This document shows, in pieces, positions 37,110-50,029 of a stretch of DNA of 64,000 bases. The DNA comes from Stegostoma tigrinum (lineage: Eukaryota), in NCBI RefSeq assembly GCF_030684315.1, contig NC_081378.1:34334252-34398251 (forward strand), given 5' to 3'. Made by a program: the position numbers and the translations under genes. Positions within the stretch are counted from its first letter, which is position 1, and every line of letters starts with the position of its first letter. Under the pieces are notes generated by a model. The model had not been told where the DNA came from and searched no databases. It saw only the letters and a program-made list of their open reading frames with translations.

Positions 37110-37930
37110 TTGGAGATATACAGCACAGAAACAGATCTCTCAGTCCACACTGTCCAAGCCGACCAGATATCCTAAATTAATCTCGTCCTATTTCCCAGCA
37201 TTTGGCATATATCCCACTAAATCCTTCCTATTCTTGTACCCATCCAGATGCCTTTTAAATGTTATAATTGTACTAGCCTCCTCCACCTCTGTATGAAAGT
37301 GTTGTCCTCTAGTTTTGAATGACTCTACTCTGGGAAAAAGACCTTGAGTATTCACCCTATCCATGCCCTTCATGATTTTGTAAACCTATATAAGGTGACA
37401 TCTCAGCCTCCAACACTCCAGGGAAAATATACTCAGCCTCTCGCTGTAGCTCAAACCCTCTAACCCCAGCAACATCCTTGTAAAACTTTTCTGCACTCTT
37501 TCAAGTTTACAAACACCTTTCCTATTGCAGGGAGACCAGAATTGCACACAATATTCCAAAAGTGGCCAAACCAATATCCTGTACAGCCACAACATGAGAT
37601 TCCAACTCCACTACCCCATGTAACTGCAACTCCATGAACCTGCATTTCAAGGTCTCTTTGTTCATCAACACACCCTTGGACACTACCCTTGACTGTACAA
37701 ATCGTGCCCTTATTTGCTTTATCAAAATGCAACATATCACATTTACCTAAATTGAACTCTATCTGCCTCTCCTCAGCCCATCAGATCAAAGTCCCGTTGT
37801 ACTCAGATAACCTTCATCATTGTCCACTGCACCAACTTAATAACCTTTCCTCCTATATAAACATCCAAATCATTTATATAAAACGACAAAAAGCTGTGGA
37901 TGCTTGTAGCACACCGCTGGTGACAGGCGT
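37110..37930 (-). mobile_element. CR1 LINE 3' fragment
   Basis: Minus ORFs LHFDKAN..., PLLEYCVQFWSP and MKGMDRVN...LFPRV, plus a CR1 3' UTR. Confidence 0.88.
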
Positions 37931-37942
37931 CAACCATGTAAT

Positions 37943-37948
37943 TTTATT
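37943..37948 (-). promoter_or_regulatory. TRMU: Candidate TRMU polyadenylation signal (AATAAA)
   Basis: tttatt on + reads AATAAA on -, about 100 nt after the TRMU stop codon. Confidence 0.55.
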
Positions 37949-38050
37949 ATGGTACATTCAGATTCCAGCACGTTTATGAATGCAAATGGTTATGGTCTGT
38001 TGATTCACAGCACCTTTTCATATTTAACTGAAGGTAGTGCGGTGAGGTCT

Positions 38051-38185
38051 TTAACCAGTTAGGTCAGCCTTGTGGGTTTCACAAATTGTATCCACTCTTC
38101 CTCCTCGAAGTGTGTACACGGAAGGGCCAAGCTCAATAATCTTACCACTGCCAAGGCATTCTTGATCGTTATAGAGCACAGCAAA
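38051..38185 (-). CDS. TRMU: TRMU last coding exon (exon 11)
   Basis: ctacag|TTT...GGT TAA. Translates [44 protein letters not shown], with the MnmA/TRMU C-terminal FAVxY...CLGSGKI motif. Confidence 0.93.
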   Translation of the reverse strand, partial: FAVLYNDQECLGSGKIIELGPSVYTLRGGRVDTICETHKADLTG

Positions 38186-39509
38186 CTGTAGTCAACAATA
38201 TATGAATGTCAAAACGTTACACGTTGATTGACCAGATATATTCTTAATTAAAGACATACACAGCATTCATCATTTTTTTTCTTTGCAGATTGCAGAAGTG
38301 GAGTGAAATACACTATTTAGCAATCCAAGTGCAAATAAGACTTTGGCATTTGTCTCAACATGGCGGCTTTGAGCCAAGCATCCATCAGAACTTTCATAAG
38401 TTGCTATGGAATCCTTTCAGAATGTATATATAAATTCCTCAGGAGTTAGAAGATTCACATTCTGACACATAAGCTGTAATAATCTCCAGCACCCTGTAGC
38501 TCATTACCTCAAAGTTACTCAACAGTGGTTAAAAATGACAATAAAATGGAATCAAACTTATTTTGTTGTTACATCCTGATTCTTTGATTAGCAAGGGACC
38601 TGACAGTATACCTTAGGCAAAGTGCTTTTAGCCTTAAAATGCACAGTTTAACAGGACAGTACTAACATTTAGACAAATCAGTAACTTTAATCACAAAAAG
38701 CTACTTGTTACAGCATTGTTCAATCACTTTAATATAAGCAATTTAGCCAACCACAGACATTACATGCCTTACTGATAAATGATAATTTGGATTGTGCAAT
38801 TATATGGAATTGTCAGCATATGAATGAGTTAACTTGCATCCTCTCAAGTTACTTAAATTATTCAAAACATTAAAAATATCTTTTGCTTCACTTTTTAAAT
38901 GGATTTGTAACATTCTTTTTTTCTTGCTGAAGCTGCTGCAACATTAGATAAGGGAGCTTTTTTCCCCATCACTAAGATTCCCAGTAACCAGCACTTTGAA
39001 CAAATACATAAGAATGGGAGCAGGACATTCAGCCCCTCGAGTCTATTCTTCCATTTAGTCAATCATACTTCACAGATATCTCAAATCTAATCATCTGGTT
39101 TGGTTCCATGTCTCTGAATAATTTTATTCAACAAAAACATTGGAGTTTTCAATGGAACTGTATTTAAAAAAAGTGTAACGAAGATTTCCACTAGCCTGTG
39201 CGCAAGAAAATATTTCCTAACATTATCCCTGACCAGGCTAACTTAAAATTTCATTATCTGGCCTCTTGTTCTTAACTCCAGAACTTGTGACTTCTAGTTG
39301 CTAGTCCAATATTGTTATTACAAGAGTAGCCACTGCAAAACTTGTTCATTTCATTTGGTGTGGGGTGTCCCAGCTATTGTTTTATGCTACACAGGAGTGT
39401 CAAATGCTACTCCGATACTTAGCAAAATAAATAGGATAGTTACACTCTTAGGTAAAAGTAATGAAAAATAGCTAACATTCAATAAATTTATATTTGAAAT
39501 GGAACTCAC

Positions 39510-39592
39510 TTGTCCTGGAGTTGGTGCTCTGACTGGTTTAACAAGAGTCACCCAAACTGTAGAATCTGGATTTAGGGTTAACTGGCACCGCA
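39510..39592 (-). CDS. TRMU: TRMU exon 10
   Basis: tttcag|TG...GGACAA|gtgagt, 83 nt. Translates VRCQLTLNPDSTVWVTLVKPVRAPTPGQ (PGQ motif). Confidence 0.92.
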
Positions 39593-40120
39593 CTGAAAGG
39601 AAAAATAATACAATTTTCAAGAAGAGTATAGACAATGTAAAACTTGAATATTCTTACACTGAGTTGGTCTCATTTGGTGACAGTATTTTGATCCTATGGG
39701 AATCAGTTAGAAAATTGGAGAGGCTAGTAAATAAAAGGAGAAGTTCGAGGAACTTTATGGTCTACTTTTTTTATGAAAAAGTATTGGCAATAATTATTAG
39801 TGAAGTGAAACTATACACGAGATGAAAGGAAATGCATTTATTAATGTGAAGATTGTTTCTCCCAGTCTTCCTTATTAGCAAGTGTCTTAGTGTGTAGTTT
39901 TGCTTCATTTACAAATGAATAGCCCTGGCTTAGAATGATCATTGCCCCTCTAAGACTCTAACCTGTAAGGTGACCAAGAGAAACAATTTCGGGCAGGTGC
40001 AGGCAGCTTTTAACGATCAGTCTACAGAAAGAACTGTGCATCGTTCACCAGTAAGCTCGCTCCCTCACTCATTTTAAACAGTTACAAGGACAATACACTG
40101 GTAACCAGGTGGGTGTAAAC

Positions 40121-40306
40121 GATTAACTCAGTTGGCTGAATATCTGGTTTGTGATGTAGAGTGACACCAACAGTGTGGGTTCAATTCCTGCATCAGCTGA
40201 GTCTTGCTCTCTCATTAGAGAGACAGCTAGTGGTGAGTTTAACCCGAGAGTCATCACACCTCGGTTGACTGACAAGAAAATGGGAGATTTGTGGTAAACT
40301 CAGCCA
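40121..40306. mobile_element. SINE with + head and inverted body
   Basis: 40121-40200 is the tRNA-like head on +; about 40205-40306 matches the body of the 14180/35485 family in the opposite orientation. Confidence 0.6.
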
Positions 40307-40742
40307 TTGTCCCAGAGGTCTGTAATGAGAATGCTCTTATTACGGGCCTCTGGGTCAATGCTGACAACTTTTTTTCTCAAAACAGAATAATTAATTTTTT
40401 TGATGCCTGGAGTAGCTTTGGACCATTGGCCTAGAATTGCTTAATCTTTCTAGACATGTTCTCTCCTTTTGCAGTTGCTAGTTCCGGTTTGAACAACAAA
40501 CAACTCTGTTCAATATTAATCACAGTAGTAACAGTTTGATGTACAGCCAGTTAGGAAATTGTTCAACAAATTCAGGTATTTTTTCTGATGCTGGCATCAC
40601 ATAAAGAAGGTAAATGATTAAAGTAAAGTACACAAACACTCACATTTACTTCAGAAGATACTTATATAGTCAATTGTTTCTCTGCACTGAAGCACCATCT
40701 ATTCAATCTAGATGCATACACACTGAACCAACCATTTCTTAC

Positions 40743-40887
40743 CAAGTGGCATCTGGTGCTGGAAGCGAAAGTGACACTGCATCACTTTGTCCCTGAGCAG
40801 CTCTAATGGTGCCTCCTGAGCAATCCAATGGACTTGATCAGTTTGCAGTGAATTCCTGTACAGAGCTGGGTGACTGGTTCCTGGTGC
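40743..40887 (-). CDS. TRMU: TRMU exon 9
   Basis: tgccag|GCA...CTTG|gtaaga, 145 nt. Translates [48 protein letters not shown]. Confidence 0.92.
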
Positions 40888-42629
40888 CTGGCAGACAACA
40901 TATATGGTTTATCACAATGCATATTCCTACACTTGGGAAGACGGGCTCAAAAAGGGAAGCTATCCTATGATAGGAAAACAAAATAGGTAGAGGAAGTAGA
41001 GGAAATTTGACTTTCCCTCAAAGGCAATACATAATAAAATATTTCAACCAATATACCAGCAATAATTGATTAAACTATTAGAATTCTGTGAAAAGGAAGT
41101 ATTGTGATTCAAATACATATTTTCATCAATACACACCTCTACCCAGAAAAAGGGCATTAAAAGTTAATGATTTTGGTGCAAGAAACACAAAGATAGTTGC
41201 TGCAGTTGGGAGCTAAATTAATGCAATACCTCACTCTCAGATGACTAGAGACATGTGAAAACTTTGTGTAAGCATGTCAAAATTGTTGAAAAGCTTGGCA
41301 TAAATCACTGTTTTGATTTCAATTGTCTGTCTTTCGGGCACTGTTTTCAATGTGTGAAATAAATTCTGCAACATGTTAGCAATTGACCTACCGTTATTAT
41401 TAGGTAGGCATAATTGTACGAGTTTGCAGAATGATACTTGAATGAAAAGTCCTCGTACCTAGTTTGGAAGAGAGAAGGATCTAAAGCAGAGATTGCAATA
41501 ATCACTGGCACAAGGAAAAGAAGCTGGACTGCAGCAAACCACCATGGAGCGTGGAGGGTCAAGGAGGTGAGTGGGGCCCAAAAGTTCAGGTTCCTCTGGT
41601 TACAGAAACAGAAACAGTTGGACCACTATCAGAAGCAACATTAGAGTAAGAGGCACAGCAGAATTGGGAAGACAGTAGCAAAAGGAAAAGAGACGCAGAA
41701 ACACAAAATTACATAAGCCTCTTGTTGTAACATCTTGATTACAGCGAGAACCTGATGCTATCATACTGACGAAATTTATTTGCCTTCACACTTGATTCTC
41801 CTGCCTTTTCTATACTTGCCAGGTCTACTGGTTCCAATGTCATTCCTTGCTGGTCAACTAATTGGAAAGATACTTAAATTAGAAGAAGAGTTTATTCTTT
41901 GGAAAACCAGAAGTTTCAATATCATCTAATTGAAGTTTGGAAAGTGATGGAGGGAAAGATGAAGCTAGATTGTGCAAGTTGTTCACTGCAAGTACTCAGC
42001 CTTCTGCAATTCTGTCTATAGAAATTGCAGTAGATTTTCTACATCAATCAACTTTTAACACTATCATTGAGAATCCACCTCAGCAGAGAGGAGTTATGTC
42101 AAATCAGCATGAATTTAGTCCTAACAACTTCTTCAACAGCACTCTCACTTCCTGAATCTTTGTTCCCCACCACCTAGGAATAGTTTAACAGGTAAATGAC
42201 ACTATCACTCCTAGGTTTCCCTGCAACCATACACAACTGCAACTTGGAAATGTATTGTTATCCCTTCATTGCTGAGTCAAAATTCTGGAACTTTGCCACA
42301 TGGACCAGAGTCTTTCAAGCAGGCAGCTCAGCAACCACCAGCCGAGGGGTCCTTGGATAGGCAACAAATGCTCGTCTTGCTAGTGCCTTCCTTTAATGAA
42401 ATTTATCCTCATTTTTCAACTTGAGTTTTTATTTTAAACGAGCAAAAAAAGGTAATCAATCTGTGGATCAACAACAAATGGAGATTCAGAAAACTCAAAC
42501 ATACTGAATCTTTTATTAAGTTGAATTCAAATATGAGTACACCAAAGCTTCATGGTGCTAAAAACGTCCAATTCACGTTTCAGCATTGAACTTGTTTCTA
42601 ACTTTTTCAGTGGGTTCTACAACACTCAC

Positions 42630-42730
42630 CACGAACACATCCCCTGTATTTATGTCTTTGTCTACGACAAACCAGGCATCTCTTAGACCACCTATCCTGG
42701 CTCGTTGTCCCAAAGTGAATAGAAACCAAC
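42630..42730 (-). CDS. TRMU: TRMU exon 8
   Basis: ttttag|GT...TTCGTG|gtgagt, 101 nt. Translates [34 protein letters not shown] (TLGQR motif). Confidence 0.93.
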
Positions 42731-42766
42731 CTAAAAGTTAATATAAAGGCAGTAAATTGACATGCA

Positions 42767-42990
42767 GAGATGGTAGGATCTGCAGATGCTAGAGAATCTG
42801 AGATAACAAGGTGTAGAGCTGGATGAACACAGCAGGCCAAGCAGCATCACAGGAGCAGGAAGGCTGACGTTTCAGGCCTCGACCTGTCTTCATTTCTGAA
42901 GAAGGGCCTAGGCCTGAAACGTCAACCTTCCTGCTCCTCTGATGCTGCTTGGCCTGCTGTGTTCGTCCAGCTCTATACTTTGTTATCTCG
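42767..42990. mobile_element. Penelope-derived hairpin element with hammerhead core and 12-bp TSD
   Basis: About 80-90 bp inverted arms; CTGAAGA-a-gggc[ctag]gcct-GAAAC-GTC at 42896-42923; TSD aattgacatgca (42755-66) / aattgaaatgca (42991-43002). Confidence 0.8.
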
Positions 42991-44154
42991 AATTGAAATG
43001 CACTTGGCTATCTTACTAAATCTTTGGTTTTACACAAAGCTTTTTAAGAAATATCTTTAGTTTCTAGTTCTTGATATATTCTGATTGTACTATCCATTTG
43101 GAGTTCACTACTGATTGTAAACAGAGATTACAATTTCATTGCTTCACTGTGAAATAGAGTCTCAGCAATTTCATTGCCCTTTATAAAAAATGTTGATCTG
43201 TGCATGGCTGTAACTGCTATTATAATCTGGACAATGGTTCTCTCACTGTTATAAAGCATTTGATCATTAGGCTCAGAAGCTAAATCGCCCCTTAACCTAT
43301 TCATCAACATGCAAAGTAGATGACAGCTAAATTCACCAAAAGACCCATTCTTGAAGTTTAAAGTTTTTCTTTCTCATTTTCATTTTGAAACTTCATTTAA
43401 ATCTTAGTAAGGGAAGGATGCATAAGAAACTATAGAGCAGCCAAATACCAAATAAACCAATGTCATGTGTAAAAAATTTAATCTGATAAAAAGATTTACC
43501 ACCAGGATTCTTCAATTGGTTTTATCAGTGAAAGTGCAGAATAACTTTATAAAAGTACATAAAGGTTCACCCCTATAAATATGCTAAGGTAGTTCCATTT
43601 GATTGAACTTTTCCAGGTTAAACATTTTGTTTATGAAAACTGTGGGTGATTAAAGTGTATATTTATAATGTAATAAGCACTACAACATGTCTCATGGGAA
43701 ATTTTGAGAAAGAAACTTGTAGTTTTAACAAGCTAAATACTAAAATTAACATTTCAGTGATTTTAAACAGTTTATTTCATTACATATCTACCTATGCCAT
43801 ATATATTTCACATTTAATTTTGTCCGCACATATTTCATCATCGTAAGGAACACCATTTCGGAATAAACTCTGCACTTAGCTGTTTATCCCATTGTACTAC
43901 AACACCACAGGATCCTGTACTTTGTGTTTCAAATTAAAGTCGATGCTTTTCAAAACATTAATCCTTTTTTTCCACATTTCCAATGTTGCCATTTTAGCGA
44001 GCTGCTGTTACATGGCTCCTGTTAGTTTTTTCCCTCTGAGACAGGTAACATAAGCCCTTGTACTGCTTTGGAATATCAGTACTTTATTAAAAAAAAATGC
44101 AGGATTGGACTTTATTGGTGTTGCACCTGGATTGCCTTGCTACAGCTAATGTGA

Positions 44155-44590
44155 GAAAATTGGGATGTAGCATCACTGGCTGGGCCAGCATTTATTGCCC
44201 ATCGGGAAGTTAATAGTCATCTGCTGTGGGCCTGGAGTCACATGTAGGTCAGACCAGGTAAGGATAGCAGATTTCTTTCTCTGAAGGACCTAAGTGAAGC
44301 AGTTAGATTTTTTGTTTCAACAAACAGCTGTAGCAACACGGCTGTCATTAGATCTTTAAGCATTTTATTACATCATTTTCAAATAATATTAAGATGAATT
44401 CGAATTTCAACATGTGCAATGATGCAATTCAAATGCATGTCCTCAGAACATTAGCCTGTGGTTCTGGATTACTAGTTCAGTTACATTGTCACTGCCTACC
44501 TCTCCATTATTGGACACACACCTTCTCGAGACAATTACGGGCTAGGAATAAATGTTGGCCTAGCCAGCAGCACAATGTACAAATAAATAA
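44155..44590 (-). mobile_element. Deu-domain (SacSINE-like) SINE, with an opposite-orientation tail fragment at its right end
   Basis: ctggctgggccagcatttattgccc tail and conserved core; inverted tail aataaatgttggcctagccagc near 44550. Confidence 0.6.
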
Positions 44591-44724
44591 GTTTTAAAAA
44601 TTGTACCCACATGTAGGGTCACCAGTTGCAGTTGTTAAGAAAAACAGATGCTGCTGCTAAAAGGAGCAAAGAATAATCATTCTATAATGTCTTTATTTTC
44701 CAAGCCTTGTTTAGACCAAACTAT

Positions 44725-44885
44725 GACATGAAGGTGCCAGTATTGGACTAGGATGGGCTAGGTCTGAAGTCACAAGAAAACAGGTTATACTCCAACACGT
44801 TTATTTGAAATCACAAGGTTTCGGAGTACTCTTCCTTCATCAGGTGAAGTGCTGAGCAATAACCTGGTATTGTGTGACTTCTTGT
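44725..44885. mobile_element. Short inverted-repeat element with a hammerhead-like core on -
   Basis: Arms gaagtcaca...caggttat / ataacctg...tgtgacttc; minus strand CTGATGA-agga..ctcc-GAAA at 44812-44846. Confidence 0.55.
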
Positions 44886-45058
44886 AATCTAAATTAACCA
44901 TCAAGCTGCTTTGAAAAATGTGTAACAGAAGAAAATCTGAAATAGAAAACAACTAACTAAGAGTAAAATTCTAAATTTGAAGAATTCTATTTGAAGAAAT
45001 AGAAAATGTTCAACTTAAAAATAAAAATCATTCTAATTTTCTTAAACAACATAACTAC

Positions 45059-45125
45059 CTTTGTGTGTTCCCATAATTTTTCCATCTTCTATAGAAACAA
45101 AGTTTCCAGGGCGAGGTTCTAGATA
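45059..45125 (-). CDS. TRMU: TRMU exon 7
   Basis: tttaag|TAT...AAAG|gtagtt, 67 nt. Translates [22 protein letters not shown]. Confidence 0.92.
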
Positions 45126-45740
45126 CTTAAAAAAAATTAAGAATGAAATTACTTTGTATGTCCAAAACTAAGATCAACATTTTTCTTCTGTACAAACATA
45201 CTGTCAAAATTCGACAATTTTTTTTTCTAAAATTCTCAGTAAGGCAGCATTGGGTTTGAATCCAGCCCAAAGTATTTGAGTTAATTTCTCCTCTGTCTTT
45301 TTTCAGGTCCTAAATAAAATGAGTTTTGTTAGTCTGAACCTGATTTCTAGGTGGCACTAATTCACAGCTGTCTCAAATTCAGCACTACATTAGGAACTTT
45401 ACTTAAACCCAGGGTGGCAGAAATGAGCAAGAGCAATGTCAGATTAATGCCGTACAATATGCTTTTTACTGGTTTCAGAAAGGATGTTCCAGAGTGGAAA
45501 TTAGGACTGAAGATACAAGCCTCACATCTGTTCATTTCGAATGAATTTTCATTAGAATGTCATACAGAAGCAGATAAGCATTTTAATCAGTGACACTGGC
45601 AACATAAATTCCAAGCTATGGTAAAGGCTCGTAAAGCCTGATCTTGATTCTTATCGGAACACAGACTGGAAAAGTAAAATGAATTCCACTACGCAACACA
45701 GATGTTCAATTTTGAAAATGTAATTGTGATTTCCACTTGC

Positions 45741-45794
45741 CTCAAGAATAAAGTTTTCAAAATCTCTTTCACCTATGAAACAGATTCCCATACT
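45741..45794 (-). CDS. TRMU: TRMU exon 6 (second catalytic Cys), ending at a GC donor
   Basis: ttgcag|AGT...CTTGAG|gcaagt, 54 nt. Translates SMGICFIGERDFENFILE. Confidence 0.92.
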
Positions 45795-45929
45795 CTGCAA
45801 GAAGCAAAACATGAATATTACCCAAGGAAATATTTAATGGCAATTATAAACAGATTTGATGATTTCAATTACTTTTGGATAAAGCATTGTTTATGATTGA
45901 AGAAGAAAATAAAATTTATAAAGTCTTAC

Positions 45930-46102
45930 TTCTTTTCTTTTCAATATATGGTGAAATCCTGCCTCAGCTGCCATCTCCTTTACAATATTTTTCCTCAATT
46001 CACCGAGAGGAAAGATGGTATGTCGCAAAGCATGCTGCGATATCTGACTCAGAAAGAATGTTTGGTCTTTCTTTGGGTCAGCAGCCCGTAAGAGTTTCAC
46101 AG
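45930..46102 (-). CDS. TRMU: TRMU exon 5
   Basis: ttgcag|CT...AAAGAA|gtaaga, 173 nt. Translates [58 protein letters not shown] (KDQ motif). Confidence 0.95.
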
Positions 46103-46609
46103 CTGCAACAGGTAAGACAGAACGGCAATAATTTACATTGGTTAGGGTTTCATTTAAAATTTTGTAGAATTTAAGATTGACGATACCAACACTTAATTTT
46201 AGTACCAACTCCCAGCTTCGGAAATGAATGTATTTGTTTCATATCTTACTGCACTAAAATATTGCTCTAACTTTGATTGCTCTCAATTCTTACTATTGCT
46301 CAAATAAGGAAAACATGTCCTCCTTTTCCTCTTTACAAAAAAGTGATCTCTCTTGCCTTGGACAGTTACCAACAAGGTTCCATTCTTACTAAAGCTCTGG
46401 AAGCTGTTGTCAGATCCCAAATGAACCACTGCCTTGATAGCTCTTGCTCGTGTGTAATTTAAAGAATAGTTTTCAGCTCAACTATTCCTCTTTTTTTTTG
46501 CCTATGTTCTATTACTCAGAGCTTGACCAATTGTCATCAGACATCTCTTAAAATTTTGGACTGGTTTCTTTCAAAAACCAGTTATAGTTATATGGTCTTT
46601 GGTGAACGT

Positions 46610-47800
46610 TATGGCTGGATTTTCTCATTTGCGTTTAAATAGTGGTGACGAGTGGGTTATGGGGTCCACTCCACCATGAATGAGTTTTCTCAAGCAAGCT
46701 TTTCATCTTATTAGTTATGCAACTGGGATGCTGGGTGTATTTCTTGGGAATCGGTCATCGCCAAGGTGTTTGACTTCCACACCTCCAGTGCCATATTTAA
46801 ATCCCAGCTGCACTGTCTTCAGAGGCTGCAAGGCAAGAATGACACCTCATACCGTGCAACTCAATGTTAATCTCCGAAGAGAGGGCCTCAATGAAAGGCA
46901 AGCTCGCATCCTACTTCATGAAGCAAGATCTGGGGATGTTGGTGGATGGGACAGTGGAGAGGAGTCCTGTCATCTTCCTAGTGCACCACCACAGGAGGCT
47001 ACGCCACAAGACACAACTATACGGGATCCAAAAAAAAAAAGCAGCATAGATCAGTGTAGTGTCCCCGTATGAACTGGAACACAAAGCCTTGCTGCGAGAT
47101 CAATGATCTTCTGCATTCACAGGGGTAAATGTCACCTCCTGTCTCTGCTTCTCACTCTCTCAGGGCTAACACATCCTCTAACTCTGCCATTGCTCACGGA
47201 CCTCACTAAGGCTGGAGGACTACAGCTGTCAGTATTACATGCATCATGTTGAGTCAAGGGCTTTCACTCAACCTATTGTCTGAAACAGTTAATCCTGCCT
47301 GCCCTCTGCGCTTTCTGTTCACTGACTGGGGCCACTTTCACATCTCCTCCTCATGCATCACCACTAACTGCTCCACATCCAACTACATTATAATCAATCT
47401 TGGCTCTGTCTCTTTGCTGGATAAACTGGCCTACATCTTGGATAGCATCCCAACTGACCTATGTGAAATCCCCTGACTGCATCAACTTCTGGACAGCTTG
47501 ACTTATTGGCCTGACCATGACCAGTCCCCCAAACTTGAACAAACAGACCATTGAGTTGGCTGCCCAATCCCTGCTCCCACATCCAAAACAAAATTGATAT
47601 AATCAACAACTATAGTTCCCCTTTGCCCAGAAATTTAAACTTTCCCTTGCTTTTTAAACACCAATATTTGCTTGAAGTAAATTCAGTTTGTTTTCCTCAC
47701 AAACTGCTGGTTCATACTGCAGCTCAAAAGAAGGGTGCTGTATAATGATGTCCAACACCCACCACCCGCCCCAACCAAACCCTGTCTCATACATTTATCG
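46610..47800 (+). mobile_element. PIF/Harbinger-like DNA transposon remnant (Myb/SANT-like ORF)
   Basis: KGKLASYFMKQDLGMLVDGTVERSPVIF...RR and a downstream ...INDLL resemble Harbinger Myb/SANT DNA-binding proteins; degraded. Confidence 0.5.
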
Positions 47801-48922
47801 TTCAGTGCCCTCCATTGTCACAAGCTGCCTGCCTCTGCCCTAAAGTGGGTCCCACTGATCCTCCTTCAGTTCGGACTGTAATTCTTTTCAGAGATTACCC
47901 AGTTTTGTTATCCTTCATCACATGTGTTCTCTTCCAATCATTTACCGTTGTCTTGTTCGTGATTTCACTGTGCATTGATCTACTTCCTTCGGTTGTTTTG
48001 TTTTGCAAACTACAAACTCCTTGTAATTCAATGTCAAAATTTCTACATCTTTAAGTGTTTTGACAAGACAATAAAAATGTTCCTTTTTCAATTTTCCATA
48101 AGCATGTTCGCTTTTAATATTTCAATTCACGTCACTTTTTACTGTTTTATTTCTTATGGTGCTATTACACAACTCTGAAATATCAGTGCCAAGCAGTTTT
48201 ATTTAGCACCAATTTAAACTGTAAATGGTATCTGAATCATAAGTCAGCGCCTGAGCAAAGTGTCATCTCATTGCACTCCACTCCAGATCACGTCATGCTT
48301 TGACTCTAGATTAAAATGTAAATTTAGCAGAGAGTGATTCACATCAAAACTAAATTGACCCTAAATATATTTTCTGATCCTTTTTATTACAATTCCTATG
48401 GAAATATTATCCCACTCTGTCCACCATTTCATCCCAACTTAAATAGCAATTGCAGTTGTAATCTTCTAATGACATGTCTTCCTCAAAGTTGTGGTGAGGG
48501 AGAGAATAGAGAACTGAATAAGCTCCACTGACAGCATCTCTGCTAGGTGGCGATGTTCATATGTTTAAGTTCTGGTAACAAAAGATCAGGGTCATTGGCC
48601 CTCTTGATTAATGCGAACTGACATCTCAATTAAAGGATATTGATTTGTTGCTGATTATAAAGTAATATCTTCAGTTGTACATGTACACCGTTTACAAATT
48701 TGTTCATTAAACGATTAAAATCTGAATGAAAAACATTAGTAATTTGTTCTGACAGTGTATAATTAAATTATTTGTATGTCCAGATCCCCAGGAACAACAC
48801 AATAGATTCGATGTAATTACAACGTGTCCTAATTAAATTCTTACGGAAGGAACGTTTCCTTGCATTGAACACTACATCAGGACAGAATAAGGAACATGTA
48901 GATTTAAAGTTCCCCCACTCAC

Positions 48923-49039
48923 CATCTTTATTGTGTTTATGCAAACAATCTTCAATTTTACTGATATATTTTTGTTGGAAAACCTCTTCATCATGCTGTG
49001 ATGTTCTCGCATAATGACCAGTTGCCATTGCATCTGCCC
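48923..49039 (-). CDS. TRMU: TRMU exon 4
   Basis: aactag|GG...GATG|gtgagt, 117 nt. Translates [24 protein letters not shown]... (ATGHYAR motif). Confidence 0.94.
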
Positions 49040-49669
49040 CTAGTTCAATATAAAGATATTGCTAGTTATATAACTGATGCATATTTTGAATTTCTCTTTG
49101 TTTATACTTAGGAAAACACACTTTAACCATTAAATGCGATAAAGAAAACAGGTCTTTACATCAAGATACATTTTTAGAAAAACACAGTAGGCAATTTCAT
49201 TCTATATTGCTCGGTTTCCCCTCTTCTTTTCTCATCTTACCCTAAATGTTAATGATTCAATTCCCCTCCCACCCAGTAATTTTGCCTGTTGTGACTTGAT
49301 CTTGGTTTCCACTGTAAAAAACCACAGAAGACTGAATGACTGTTGATAAACAGGAAAAAAAAATGATGCAGCAACTGTCAAGTCAAATGCTATTAATTGT
49401 TCAATAGAATAATAAATAAGGTCATCCTTATTAATTAATGGTTATTAATGTCAGTTTACTGTTAAACATTTACAGCTAATTTTAAAGAAATAGCACCACA
49501 ATTATGTATGCACATTTTAAAAGAAAAAATAAAATCAATTGCTGGTAGCTAAAATGAAAGAATACTGCCCCTGCAATTCCAAAGTACAGGGAAGTGCATA
49601 AAATTGTGTATTTTACTGGACATTTTCAGACTGAATTATAATTAATTCACAAGTGCATGAAATGCTTTA

Positions 49670-49927
<258 letters not shown>

Positions 49928-50029
49928 TTACTTAGATTAATTAGAGCTTTGAGGCACATTCTAAAATGCATGACTACATTTGATTGTGTCATGCTGCACA
50001 ACAATAAAACTTCCCCAGCATCCCTTTTG

